NCBI RefSeq assembly: GCF_000009045.1
Contig: NC_000964.3
Location: 3,090,001-3,122,000 of the forward strand
Reading direction: 5' to 3'
DNA length: 32,000 bases
From: Bacillus subtilis subsp. subtilis str. 168
Lineage (GTDB): Bacteria > Bacillota > Bacilli > Bacillales > Bacillaceae
Notes under the pieces: generated by a model
The model's input: only the letters and a program-made list of their open reading frames with translations
The model's database searches: none
Told to the model about the DNA's origin: nothing
Shown: piece by piece, positions 10,881-21,337 of the stretch
How the letters are laid out: each line of letters opens with the position of its first letter
Numbering within the stretch: position 1 is the first letter of the stretch
Made by a program: the position numbers and the translations under genes

Positions 10881-12179
10881 ATGAAAAAGATTACATTTAT
10901 CGGTGCAGGGAGCACGATTTTCGCCAAAAATGTTTTGGGAGACTGCCTGTTAACAGAGGCACTGAATGGATTTGAGTTCGCTCTTTACGACATTGATCCC
11001 AAACGCCTGCAGGAATCCCAGCTCATGCTCGAAAATCTAAGAGACCGTTATAACCCAAGTGTGGCCATCAACAGCTATGATGACAGAAAACTCGCCTTGC
11101 AAAACGCAGGCTATGTCATCAATGCGATTCAGGTTGGAGGATACAAACCGAGCACAGTCATCGATTTCGAGATTCCTAAACGGTATGGGCTGCGCCAGAC
11201 GATCGCCGATACAGTAGGCATCGGCGGGATATTCAGATCTCTCAGAACAATCCCGGTCTTATTTGATATCGCAAAAGATATGGAGGAAATGTGCCCTGAC
11301 GCATGGTTCTTAAACTATACAAATCCAATGGCCACTCTTACAGGCGCCATGCTCCGCTATACCAATATCAAAACAATCGGGCTCTGCCACAGTGTTCAAG
11401 TGTGCACGAAGGATTTATTTAAAGCTCTCGGAATGGAGCATGACGGAATTGAGGAACGCATTGCGGGCATTAATCATATGGCTTGGCTTTTGGAAGTCAA
11501 AAAAGACGGCACAGATTTATATCCAGAAATCAAAAGGAGAGCGAAAGAAAAACAAAAAACAAAGCATCATGATATGGTGCGGTTTGAATTAATGGATAAG
11601 TTCGGCTATTATGTCACGGAATCGTCCGAACATAACGCAGAGTATCACCCGTACTTTATTAAACGGAATTACCCTGAACTGATCAGCGAGCTGCAAATCC
11701 CGCTCGACGAATATCCGAGAAGGTGCGTCAAGCAGATTGAAAATTGGGAGAAAATGCGGGATGATATCGTCAATAATAAAAACCTTACGCACGAACGCTC
11801 AAAGGAATATGGTTCAAGAATTATAGAAGCAATGGAAACAAACGAACCATTCACCTTCGGAGGAAACGTCTTGAATACAGGGCTGATCACCAACCTTCCT
11901 TCAAAAGCGGTTGTGGAAGTGACATGCGTCGCCGACAGAAAAAAAATTACACCGTGCTTCGCCGGAGAACTGCCTGAGCAGCTTGCAGCCTTAAACCGGA
12001 CGAATATTAATACACAGCTGATGACAATCGAAGCGGCTGTCACACGAAAAAAAGAAGCGGTTTACCAAGCTGCAATGCTTGATCCGCATACAAGCGCGGA
12101 GCTTTCCATGAAGGACATCATCTCCATGTGCGACGATTTATTTGCAGCACACGGCGATTGGCTTCCGGAATACAAATAA
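10881..12179 (+). CDS. melA: Alpha-galactosidase, GH4 family (NAD-dependent)
   Basis: 432 aa; KKITFIGAGSTIFAKNVLGD nucleotide-binding start, NYTNPMA, GLCHSVQ. RBS GGGGGAAG. Confidence 0.93.
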   Translation: MKKITFIGAGSTIFAKNVLGDCLLTEALNGFEFALYDIDPKRLQESQLMLENLRDRYNPSVAINSYDDRKLALQNAGYVINAIQVGGYKPSTVIDFEIPKRYGLRQTIADTVGIGGIFRSLRTIPVLFDIAKDMEEMCPDAWFLNYTNPMATLTGAMLRYTNIKTIGLCHSVQVCTKDLFKALGMEHDGIEERIAGINHMAWLLEVKKDGTDLYPEIKRRAKEKQKTKHHDMVRFELMDKFGYYVTESSEHNAEYHPYFIKRNYPELISELQIPLDEYPRRCVKQIENWEKMRDDIVNNKNLTHERSKEYGSRIIEAMETNEPFTFGGNVLNTGLITNLPSKAVVEVTCVADRKKITPCFAGELPEQLAALNRTNINTQLMTIEAAVTRKKEAVYQAAMLDPHTSAELSMKDIISMCDDLFAAHGDWLPEYK

Positions 12180-12210
12180 AAACTAGGGGACCGCTCTCCC
12201 CTAGTTTTTT
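12179..12210. terminator. Bidirectional terminator between melA and ytwF
   Basis: AAAACTAGGGGA-ccgctc-TCCCCTAGTTTTTT. It also contains the ytwF stop codon. Confidence 0.85.
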
Positions 12211-12521
12211 GGTTTTGTTTCGCCTTCCCAGGCCATCATGCCGCCTTCAACATTGACTGTTTTAAAGCCTTGCTCATCCAGGTACTTGCAGACGTTCATG
12301 CTGCGCATTCCTGAGCGGCAGATAAATACGTACTCTTTGTCTTTATCAAGGGTTTCCATTTTTTCAGGAATATCCCCCATGCGAATATGAACGGCTTGCG
12401 GGATCATGCCTTCCGCTACCTCTTCATCTTCTCTGACATCAATTAAATATAATTCTTCGTCCGCCTCAATTTTTTCTTTCAAAGCGGCTGTGCTGATTTC
12501 TTTTATTTCCAAAGAAAACAC
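12201..12521 (-). CDS. ytwF: Rhodanese-domain sulfurtransferase-like protein
   Basis: 106 aa; YLIDVREDEEVAEGMIPQAVHI and the catalytic loop ICRSGMRS. Confidence 0.88.
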   Translation of the reverse strand: MFSLEIKEISTAALKEKIEADEELYLIDVREDEEVAEGMIPQAVHIRMGDIPEKMETLDKDKEYVFICRSGMRSMNVCKYLDEQGFKTVNVEGGMMAWEGETKPKN

Positions 12522-12590
12522 TCCTATTCACAGTGATCATGTTCAGTATATCAAAGTCAGCCGAACGATTGCTATTCTGAGACTGATGAA

Positions 12591-12623
12591 AAAAAATCCC
12601 CTTTTGGCAAAGGGGATTTTTTC
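12591..12623. terminator. Terminator downstream of leuS
   Basis: AAAAAATCCCCTTTT-ggc-AAAAGGGGATTTTTT. Confidence 0.85.
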
Positions 12624-12628
12624 TAGGC

Positions 12629-15043
12629 TTAGTTTGCCACAATATTGACAAGCTTCCCAGGCACCGCGATGATTTTCCGAATCGTTTTGCCTTCAAGCTG
12701 CTCTTTGACCTTTTCATCTGCTTGAGCAAGCTGTTCCAGCTGTTCTTTCGTTGCATCGGCAGGAACCTGTAATTTCGCTTTTACTTTTCCGTTCAGCTGA
12801 ACAACGATTTCAACTTCATCATCCACAAGTTTTGTTTCATCATATACAGGCCAAGCTTCGTAGGCAATTGTGCCGGAATGGCCAAGCTTCTCCCATAGCT
12901 CTTCCGCTAAGTGTGGCGCGACAGGAGAAAGAAGCTTCACGAAGCCTTCCATATATTCTTTCGGCAGTTCTGTTGCTTTATAAGCTTCATTAATAAAGAC
13001 CATCAGCTGGGAAATACCCGTGTTGAAACGAAGGCCTTCATAATGGTCTGTGACTTTCATGACCGTTTCATGATAGACGCGCTCCAATGTTTCACCCGCG
13101 CCTTCAACGATTTTTCCATTAAGCTCACCGCTGTCTTCAATAAATAGGCGCCATACACGGTCAAGGAAACGGCGCGCACCGTCTAATCCTGATTCAGACC
13201 AGGCGATTGAAGCATCAAGAGGTCCCATGAACATTTCGTACAATCTCAGCGTATCAGCACCGTGAGAGGCCACGATTTCGTCAGGATTGACAACGTTCCC
13301 TTTAGATTTACTCATTTTTTCGTTGTTTTCGCCGAGAATCATTCCTTGGTTGTACAGCTTTTGGAACGGTTCTTTCGTCGGCACTACGCCGATATCATAA
13401 AGGAACTTATGCCAGAAGCGGGCATACAGAAGGTGAAGCACGGCATGTTCTGCACCGCCGATATACATATCGACCGGAAGCCATTTTTCCAATTTTTCTG
13501 GTGATGCCAGCTGATCCGGATTGTGCGGATCAATATAGCGCAAGAAATACCAGCAGCTTCCCGCCCATTGCGGCATTGTATTCGTTTCTCTTCTTCCTTT
13601 TTTCCCTGTCTCAGGGTCTGTGACTTCCACCCACTCTTTAATGTTCGCAAGCGGTGATTCGCCCGTTCCGCTCGGTTTGATTTCATCCGTTTTTGGCAAA
13701 ATCAGCGGCAGCTCCTCTTCCGGGACAGCTGTTGACGTTCCGTCTTCCCAATGAATGACCGGAATCGGCTCGCCCCAATAACGCTGGCGGCTGAAGAGCC
13801 AGTCACGAAGACGGTACGTCACTTTCTTCTCACCGTTTTTCGTTTCTTCCAGCCAAGCGATCACTTTTTCAATCGCTTCCTGTTTGTGAAGGCCGTTCAG
13901 GAAATCAGAGTTCACGTGCTCGCCGTCGCCAGTATAGGCTGCTTCCTCAACGTTCCCGCCTTTTACGACTTCCTTCACCGGAAGGCCGAATGTTTTGGCG
14001 AATTCAAAATCACGCTCATCGTGTCCTGGAACTGCCATGACAGCACCTGTTCCGTATGATGCAAGAACATAATCCGCAATCCAAATCGGCAGTTTTTCTC
14101 CGTTTACAGGATTGATCGCATACGCTCCTGTAAATACGCCTGTCTTTGTTTTCGCAAGATCTGTGCGTTCTAGGTCACTCTTTGATTGAATTTCTTTGAT
14201 ATAAGCTTCAACAGCTTCTTTTTGCTCTGCCGTTGTGATGTTTTCCACCAATGCGTGTTCCGGGGCAAGGACAGTGTATGTAGCGCCAAACAGCGTATCT
14301 GGTCTTGTTGTAAACACTGTAAAGGAATCATCATGTCCATCTATAGCAAAATGAACGTGAGCGCCTTCCGAACGGCCGATCCAGTTGCGCTGCATATCTT
14401 TAATGCTTTCCGGCCAATCAAGCTCTTCCAAGTCCTCAAGGAGCCTGTCCGCATAAGCGGTGATTTTCAGCATCCACTGCTTCATTGGGCGTCTCTCTAC
14501 CGGATGGCCGCCGCGTTCGCTCTTGCCGTCAATGACTTCTTCGTTGGCAAGAACAGTACCGAGCGCAGGGCACCAGTTTACAGGCACTTCGTCAACGTAA
14601 GCAAGGCCTTTTTCGTATAGCTTTAAGAAAATCCATTGCGTCCATTTATAGTATTCAGGGTCAGTCGTATTGATTTCGCGATCCCAGTCATATGAGAAGC
14701 CAAGCGCTTGAATTTGGCGGCGGAAGTTATCAATATTCTGCTTCGTAAACACAGCGGGGTCGTTCCCTGTGTCAAGCGCGTACTGTTCAGCTGGCAGGCC
14801 GAATGCGTCCCAGCCCATTGGATGAAGGACATCATAGCCCTGCATGCGCTTCATGCGGGACAGAATATCCGTAGCTGTGTATCCTTCAGGATGGCCGACG
14901 TGCAACCCAGCTCCAGACGGATAAGGAAACATGTCCAGCGCGTAAAATTTTTGTTTTTCATTATTATCAAGAGTGGCAAATGTTTTGTTTTCAAGCCAAT
15001 ATGTCTGCCATTTCTTTTCTATCTCTTTGTGCTGAAAACTCAA
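12629..15043 (-). CDS. leuS: Leucyl-tRNA synthetase
   Basis: 804 aa; class I synthetase motifs [21 protein letters not shown] (HIGH) and [10 protein letters not shown] (KMSKS). Confidence 0.98.
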   Translation of the reverse strand: MSFQHKEIEKKWQTYWLENKTFATLDNNEKQKFYALDMFPYPSGAGLHVGHPEGYTATDILSRMKRMQGYDVLHPMGWDAFGLPAEQYALDTGNDPAVFTKQNIDNFRRQIQALGFSYDWDREINTTDPEYYKWTQWIFLKLYEKGLAYVDEVPVNWCPALGTVLANEEVIDGKSERGGHPVERRPMKQWMLKITAYADRLLEDLEELDWPESIKDMQRNWIGRSEGAHVHFAIDGHDDSFTVFTTRPDTLFGATYTVLAPEHALVENITTAEQKEAVEAYIKEIQSKSDLERTDLAKTKTGVFTGAYAINPVNGEKLPIWIADYVLASYGTGAVMAVPGHDERDFEFAKTFGLPVKEVVKGGNVEEAAYTGDGEHVNSDFLNGLHKQEAIEKVIAWLEETKNGEKKVTYRLRDWLFSRQRYWGEPIPVIHWEDGTSTAVPEEELPLILPKTDEIKPSGTGESPLANIKEWVEVTDPETGKKGRRETNTMPQWAGSCWYFLRYIDPHNPDQLASPEKLEKWLPVDMYIGGAEHAVLHLLYARFWHKFLYDIGVVPTKEPFQKLYNQGMILGENNEKMSKSKGNVVNPDEIVASHGADTLRLYEMFMGPLDASIAWSESGLDGARRFLDRVWRLFIEDSGELNGKIVEGAGETLERVYHETVMKVTDHYEGLRFNTGISQLMVFINEAYKATELPKEYMEGFVKLLSPVAPHLAEELWEKLGHSGTIAYEAWPVYDETKLVDDEVEIVVQLNGKVKAKLQVPADATKEQLEQLAQADEKVKEQLEGKTIRKIIAVPGKLVNIVAN

Positions 15044-15129
15044 AGTAAAAACCTCCTTCTGATTGAATACGGCGTGTATGGTTCAAGTATTGACGGGAAG
15101 GAGAGGATTATATTCAGAATATTCCCAAA

Positions 15130-15387
15130 CTAAAAAAAACTCCCTCATCCCAAAAAGGGACGAGAGACTTTCGTTTTCCCGCGGTACCACCCTCGTTAGC
15201 GCGGCATACGCCGCACTCACTTGATACTTTTAACGCAGTTATGCGTCAGCGGCTTTTCACCGCTGCAACTCTGAGGTGAGTTCGGAAACAAACTTGATTG
15301 ACTTTCACCAGCCGTCAACTCTCTGCAACAATATCTGTTTCTTACTGCTCCTCTTCATTGTTCTTATCGCAACCGTAATCTAACTGT
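15130..15387 (-). ncRNA. T-box leader of leuS (tRNA-Leu-responsive)
   Basis: Minus strand contains AGGGTGGTACCGCGGG (T-box), then a GTCTCTCGTCCCTTTTTGGGATGAGGGAG-TTTTTTTT terminator. Candidate CUC specifier at 15278-15280 within GAACTCACC. Confidence 0.93.
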
Positions 15388-15416
15388 ATTTTATAGAATT
15401 CTGTTCATAAGTGCAA
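15388..15416 (-). promoter_or_regulatory. Sigma-A-type promoter of the leuS leader
   Basis: Minus strand TTGCAC (15411-15416), N17, TAAAAT (15388-15393). Confidence 0.65.
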
Positions 15417-15469
15417 GCAGGTTTGTATACAATGGGAATGTACCCTGAACGGGCGGAGATTGAGGACAA

Positions 15470-15808
15470 TTATTCGGGTGGAGTTTTGGTTTGACGTTTG
15501 GACTCGGCCGGTTCGCCGCCGCTGTTCAGTTCTCTCACAAAGTCAAAACTTCTGAGAACAGCTTCACCGCCGTAGCCTGAGATAATGGATAAGATGACAA
15601 GTTGAATTCCTGAATCGGGGTCAGCGGATAATACAAGTAAAATGGAAGCCGTCATGCCGATAAACCAATCTTCCAAAAATCCAAGGTAGATAAACCGCTT
15701 CGTCATTCTGGGCTTCTCCAGCCTGCCTCTCTTTTTCACATGACCGAGAATCCCCATGATTCCTCCAATTACACAAGCAATGAGTACCTGATGCAGCATC
15801 TTCATCAT
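15470..15808 (-). CDS. ytvB: Small membrane protein of unknown function
   Basis: 112 aa starting MMKMLHQVLIACVIGGIMG, with AGGAAGGTG as RBS. Hydrophobic segments present. Confidence 0.8.
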   Translation of the reverse strand: MMKMLHQVLIACVIGGIMGILGHVKKRGRLEKPRMTKRFIYLGFLEDWFIGMTASILLVLSADPDSGIQLVILSIISGYGGEAVLRSFDFVRELNSGGEPAESKRQTKTPPE

Positions 15809-16209
15809 CACCTTCCTAAAGCCCTTATTTCGTAAAGCGACTTCAGGCCATCCAGCCCCCTTAAACGATTCCGATGATTTTCGATATCTACATACCGGCA
15901 AATCTGTAAAAAGCTTGTTTCTTCCATTATATGTGAACACATGATCGGTAAGCTTGATGCATTGGATTCATTTTTCACCCAGTGACATTGACCTAGTCAC
16001 CTATTTAGCATGTAGAAAACCTTTCCGTTCATATGTTCAAATTCTGTTCTTATTTTTAGTGTATACGAGGACAAGCCCTAATGACAAACAACAAACTGCA
16101 CTTGCTTGAATCAGAACATGTGTTGTGCTACGGTTACTGTAGAATTCATTTTTAAAAAGGGGAATATCAGGCTTTCGCATAGCAAGCTGACGGCCTAAGG
16201 GGGATTTAT

Positions 16210-16995
16210 ATGGCTAGTTTTCAATCATTTGGGATACCAGGACAGCTGGAAGTCATCAAAAAAGCACTTGATCACGTGCGAGTCGGTGTGGTAATTACAG
16301 ATCCCGCACTTGAAGATAATCCTATTGTCTACGTAAATCAAGGCTTTGTTCAAATGACCGGCTACGAGACCGAGGAAATTTTAGGAAAGAACTGTCGCTT
16401 CTTACAGGGGAAACACACAGATCCTGCAGAAGTGGACAACATCAGAACCGCTTTACAAAATAAAGAACCGGTCACCGTTCAGATCCAAAACTACAAAAAA
16501 GACGGAACGATGTTCTGGAATGAATTAAATATTGATCCAATGGAAATAGAGGATAAAACGTATTTTGTCGGAATTCAGAATGATATCACCAAGCAAAAAG
16601 AATATGAAAAGCTTCTCGAGGATTCCCTCACGGAAATTACTGCACTTTCAACTCCTATTGTCCCGATTCGCAATGGCATTTCGGCTCTTCCGCTAGTCGG
16701 AAACCTGACAGAGGAGCGATTTAATTCCATCGTTTGCACATTGACGAATATCTTATCAACATCCAAAGATGATTATTTGATCATTGATTTATCCGGATTG
16801 GCCCAAGTGAACGAACAAACGGCCGACCAAATTTTCAAGCTGAGCCATTTGCTGAAATTGACCGGAACTGAGTTAATCATTACTGGCATTAAGCCTGAAT
16901 TGGCTATGAAAATGAATAAACTGGATGCCAATTTTTCGTCGCTGAAAACATATTCAAATGTAAAGGATGCCGTTAAAGTGCTTCCGATTATGTAA
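16210..16995 (+). CDS. ytvA: Blue-light photoreceptor, LOV domain plus STAS domain, general stress response
   Basis: 261 aa; LOV signature KNCRFLQG with the flavin-adduct cysteine, and a C-terminal STAS-like region ([20 protein letters not shown]). Confidence 0.96.
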
Positions 16996-17024
16996 AAAGA
17001 TCCCGCTCACCCAGCTGGATCTTT
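16996..17024. terminator. Hairpin just after ytvA
   Basis: AAAGATCC-cgctcacccagct-GGATCTTT, starting at the ytvA stop codon. Confidence 0.6.
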
Positions 17025-17200
17025 CAGATTGTTGACAAAATCCTAAAATGGTTTTCATTTTAGGATTTTGTCATCTTTTCAGCGTGATTGAAAACCCTTG
17101 AAGTCTAGGAAGGACGAGCATAGGAGCGGAGCGAATGTTCTAATTCGTGAGCACCGAAGCGCAGGCCTGACAACGAATGCGAGGGTTTGTCGACACGCTG
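17010..17200. repeat. 191-bp structured element, probable member of the ~190-bp B. subtilis repeat family
   Basis: Lies between two copies of AAAGATCCCGCTCA (16996-17009 and 17201-17214). Contains a perfect 17-bp stem (17034-17050/17056-17072), inverted pair TTTCAGCGTG/CACGCTGAAA (17077-17086/17194-17203) and AAACCCT/AGGGTTT (17092-17098/17182-17188). Family assignment is from memory. Confidence 0.55.
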
Positions 17201-17229
17201 AAAGATCCCGCTCATTCGGCGGGATCTTT
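17201..17229. terminator. Terminator shared by the yttB side and the ytvA/element side
   Basis: AAAGATCCCGC-tcattcg-GCGGGATCTTT, perfect 11-bp stem with a T tract. Confidence 0.85.
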
Positions 17230-17231
17230 TA

Positions 17232-18431
17232 TTATGAAGAGATTGATGCCTGCTTATTTGTTTCTTTAGCTGATTTTATCCGTTTGTCATATAGAAGCGT
17301 TGTGGCAATACTGATCAGCAGCAATACCAACAGAGATAAAACAAGAGCCCTAATGCCGTAATGATCGACAAGCACTCCTCCGAACAGGGGACCAATCATT
17401 CTGCCGCCTGTCGCCGCACTGTTGACAAAGCCTTGATAAAAGCCTTCTTTCCCTTTAGGGGCAAGCTGATTGGCAATAGTCGGCACAGCAGGCCAAACAA
17501 GCATTTCTCCGATAGTCAGGATCACCATCGCAGCGAGAAACATCGGAAATTGCTTTGCAGTCAGCAGCATGCTGAAAGACACAATAAAAATGATAAAGCC
17601 GATGACCATTTGCGCTTTTAGCGACTCGGCCCATTTTTTCACCACAAAACTGACGAGCGGCTGGCCGAGCACAATGAGAATTCCGTTAACCGTCCACAGC
17701 ACGCTGTATAAGGAAAGAGATATTCCAATGCTTTGTGTGTACGAAGCAATTGTGGTTGACCACTGAGAATAAGCCAGCCATCCGAGTACATAGCCTCCGC
17801 TTAAAATGATCAGTGCGGCAAATTTTGCTTTGCTGTTCACAGCATCATAATCAAGCACGGATGTTTGGGATGCATCGCCCGTTTGAATATTTCGAAATCC
17901 GAAATATACAATAAAGAAAAAGATCAGATACAATACGGCATTTGCCAAAAATACATATGAAAACGAGAAAGATGCCACGACACCGCCAAGCGCTGAACCA
18001 ACGGCCACGCCCGCGTTTTGCGCGACATATATCGCATTAAATGCCTTCCTTCCCCCTTCAGGCCATACCGATCCCGCCATTGCGTAGCTTGCCGGAAAAA
18101 CAACACCGGAGCCAAAGCCCACAATCGTCAGCAGCACAATATAGGCTGGCCAATCATGAAAAAAGACAAGACCCATCAGGCTTGCTAACGTAATGGCTAT
18201 CCCAAGCATAATCGATTTAAAACCGCCGATTTTATCAAACAAAAAACCTCCGCATAAATTGCCAGCCACACTGGCGCCGGAATTCAGCATCAGGACAAGT
18301 CCGGCTACTGTTAACGACTTTCCTAAATGATTATGGATATAAATCGTATTCAGCGGCCATAAAAAAGAAGCACCCGTCACATTGATAAACATTCCAATGA
18401 CTAAAATTTTAAGAGCACGCGGCATACTCAT
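17232..18431 (-). CDS. yttB: Major facilitator superfamily transporter
   Basis: About 397-399 aa, ~12 hydrophobic segments, GGFLFDKIGGFKSI (MFS loop 2-3 motif). Confidence 0.88.
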   Translation of the reverse strand: MSMPRALKILVIGMFINVTGASFLWPLNTIYIHNHLGKSLTVAGLVLMLNSGASVAGNLCGGFLFDKIGGFKSIMLGIAITLASLMGLVFFHDWPAYIVLLTIVGFGSGVVFPASYAMAGSVWPEGGRKAFNAIYVAQNAGVAVGSALGGVVASFSFSYVFLANAVLYLIFFFIVYFGFRNIQTGDASQTSVLDYDAVNSKAKFAALIILSGGYVLGWLAYSQWSTTIASYTQSIGISLSLYSVLWTVNGILIVLGQPLVSFVVKKWAESLKAQMVIGFIIFIVSFSMLLTAKQFPMFLAAMVILTIGEMLVWPAVPTIANQLAPKGKEGFYQGFVNSAATGGRMIGPLFGGVLVDHYGIRALVLSLLVLLLISIATTLLYDKRIKSAKETNKQASISS

Positions 18432-18613
18432 CCCCCTTTCTTACCTAAAAAAGCTCATGAAAAAAACGAAACCTAAAACGGCTCCGTACGAATCCAGTTA
18501 TCATAGCACATTCATTCTATCTGTCTCTCTCACATTTTTCAACTGATGAGCGTGAAAAAATCTAACAAATATTGTTTGAAAAATGTAAAATAAATAGAAA
18601 AAGGGGTCATATT

Positions 18614-19360
18614 ATGGAAATGGTATTAGCATTCTTAGGTTTTCTGGCATGTCTCATTGCACTGGGCTATGGATTATATCACCTTGTCAGATATGTACTG
18701 AAAAAGGAAAAACGTTTCTCAAAGAGACTTTTTTGGCCGCTTTTCATTGGAGGCCTTGTGCTGCTCTTTACCGGGGCAGCATTGGCAGAACCTGACACTG
18801 CCGCAGCAAATGCCGAGAAAAAATATTCAGCGCTAAACGCCGAATATAAAAACCTCACAAAAGAGCACGAAGAACTTGAGAAAGAATATAAATCTGTCAG
18901 CTCTGAAGCAAAGAAATTAAAAGACAACAAAGAAGATCAAGACAAGCTTGAGAAGCTTAAAAACGAAAATAGCGATCTAAAAAAGACTCAGAAATCATTA
19001 AAAGCTGAGATTAAAGAGCTTCAAGAAAATCAAAAGCAGCTCAAAGAAGATGCAAAAACGGCAAAGGCTGAAAATGAAACACTTCGACAAGATAAAACAA
19101 AGCTTGAAAATCAATTAAAAGAGACGGAAAGCCAAACCGCCAGCTCTCATGAAGACACTGGAAGTTCTTCAAACAATACGAGTAAAAGTGATGAAACCAA
19201 AACAGCTGACAAAGCAGAAGGCTGTAATATCAAAGGAAGCAGAAACGGCATCTACCACACGCCAGGCAGTACATACTACGACCGGACAACCGATCCGGCT
19301 GAAATGTTTTGCTCAGTTGAAGAAGCTGAAGCCGCCGGTTATCGGGCGCCAAAACGATAA
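18614..19360 (+). CDS. yttA: Membrane-anchored coiled-coil protein with a C-terminal extracellular-type small domain
   Basis: 248 aa starting [14 protein letters not shown] (ORF track starts at 18572). Two N-terminal hydrophobic segments, a long Lys/Glu-rich coiled coil, and C-terminal [23 protein letters not shown]...[18 protein letters not shown]. Confidence 0.85.
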
Positions 19361-19362
19361 AC

Positions 19363-19391
19363 AAAAAGCTCCAGAATGTCTGGAGCTTTTT
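19363..19391. terminator. Bidirectional terminator between yttA and bceB
   Basis: AAAAAGCTCCAG-aatgt-CTGGAGCTTTTT. Confidence 0.9.
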
Positions 19392-19396
19392 CTGTT

Positions 19397-21337
19397 TCAC
19401 AACGACGATTTAATGACCTTCTTATAATAAAGAACTGACAGAAAACCAAAAATGGAGTAGAGCGCAGTATATAACACCATCACCATAATCATAGGCGCCC
19501 ATACCTCTGATCCGAATAAGAACCAGCCGGATTGGACGGCAAAGTAACTGTGGAAGAGGCCGACAACGAGCGGAATGCCGAAGTTGTACATTTGTTTGAT
19601 GCGTATCCCCTTTATCAGGTCGCCCTGCGTAAAGCCGAGTTTTCTTAAAATTGTATAGCTCGGTTTTTCATCTTCACTTTCACCCATTTGTTTAAAATAA
19701 AGGATACAACCTGATGTAATCAGGAACGTTAACCCTAAGAAGCCGACGATGAACATCACCATACCAAACAGTGATTTTTGCGCAGCGCTTGTATCTAGTC
19801 TTGATAAATGCTCGTTTTTCTTGTTCACCTGTTGAAAAAGCTCATTTGCTTTTTCCATTTGATCGTCATGTTTCACATTGACGCCGATAAATGTAGATTG
19901 CGCCAGCTGAATGCGGGGGTCTTTATCCTTGTCCAGCTGTTTAAACAGGCTGTCATCCACAATGACAGCGGGCATGCCCCCGCTTGTAAACGTGTAGGAC
20001 ACAAGAAACTCTTCTCTTAATCCTTTATATTTTAATGGCTGCGTCTCGTGCTTGCTTTTTACTTTAATAACACCAGAGTCCTTGAAAACCATTATTTTTT
20101 GCAGCAAGTCGGTGTATCCTGAGAAAACGGCTTCTCCAGCCGCCACATCGACTCCTTTTACATCTTTGTCGCTAACAACAGCAAGCTGCATATTGCCGGG
20201 ATCGCCCTGCATCTCTTTCGGAGTTCCATCCATAATATTTGCAATGTCAACATTTGCTTGCAGGACAGGTGTTGCCTTTTTTACAAACGAGATGTTGCTT
20301 TCCCTCAATTTGTTTTCAAATAACTTGGCATCTTTCTCATTCATGAATGAAAAATCAGCCGCTACATTTTGTTCAGCGGTCTTTTCCGACGAGTAATACG
20401 AGATGTAAGCAAGAGATAACAGCCCGATGGCGAGCGCTGAAACGGTTGTAATAATCGTCAGCAGCAGCGCATTCGATTTCATTCTGAACATGATCGAAGA
20501 CAGTGACAGAACCTCAGAAATATTTAAGTAGCCGCCCTTGCTTTTTCGAATGATATTCGAGATAAACGTAACTGATCCTTTATAAAACAAAAACGTCCCG
20601 ATAATGACGCTCCCCAGAATGAAGCTCATCGCAACAAACAGTTCATTAATGGTCTTAAATTTTCCGCCAAACAGCTCAGAAGACACATAGTATCCTGTCA
20701 AAATCAACACGATGCCTAAAGCGCCGATCAGCATTTGGAAAAATGATATTTTCTTCACTTTGTCTTCAGTGGAGGACGTTACTTTAAACAAAGATAAAAT
20801 ACTCTGTTTTTTGATAAACGTATAATTCATGATCATGATCAAAAGGTAAATGCCGCAGAACACAATGACCGTTTGGACCAAGGCCTGCTCAGAAAAATGC
20901 AGTTTCGCATCCGCTTTGACATCGACAATTTTGAACAGAATCATCAAGACAAGCTTCGATATCGAAAACCCGGCCGCTACCCCGATCGCTAATGAACCGA
21001 AATACAGCATGACATTTTCTGCACTTAAGATGCGAAAAATTTTATGCTTCGTCATTCCAATTAATTGAAACAGCCCGATTTCTTTACTCCGTCTCTTAAT
21101 AAAAATCGTATTGGCATATAAAATGAAGATCGCCACTACAGCCACAAGCAAAATCGAAGCGGTTTTAATAGCCGCGGCTCCCTTGATTGAAGCCTTCACT
21201 TCGTTAATTGCTGGATCATACTGCAGCGTGACAAAGGCGAAATAAAGCGCCACGCTAAAGATGAGCGCAAACACATACAAATAGTAATTCCGGAGATTCT
21301 TTTTCAAATTTCGCAGGATGAGCTGATTAATGTTCAT
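19397..21337 (-). CDS. bceB: Bacitracin-resistance ABC transporter permease and sensor
   Basis: 646 aa, FtsX-like with ~10 transmembrane segments and a large extracellular domain. Immediately follows bceA. Confidence 0.95.

Noticed and set aside
12262-14835. Plus-strand and minor minus-strand ORFs inside leuS (e.g. 14186-14620, 13751-14059, 13384-13686)
   Set aside because: They are shadow ORFs of a highly conserved synthetase gene, with no independent evidence.
14708-15133. 141-aa plus-strand ORF antisense to the leuS start and leader
   Set aside because: It overlaps the leuS 5' end and leader on the opposite strand, has no recognisable domain, and is explained by shadow coding.
17098-17361. 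87-aa plus-strand ORF across the 191-bp element
   Set aside because: It begins inside the structured element and ends inside yttB antisense sequence. Arg-rich and domain-free, more consistent with non-coding sequence.
19149-19427. 92-aa plus-strand ORF in another frame of yttA
   Set aside because: It overlaps yttA out of frame and reads through the yttA terminator.
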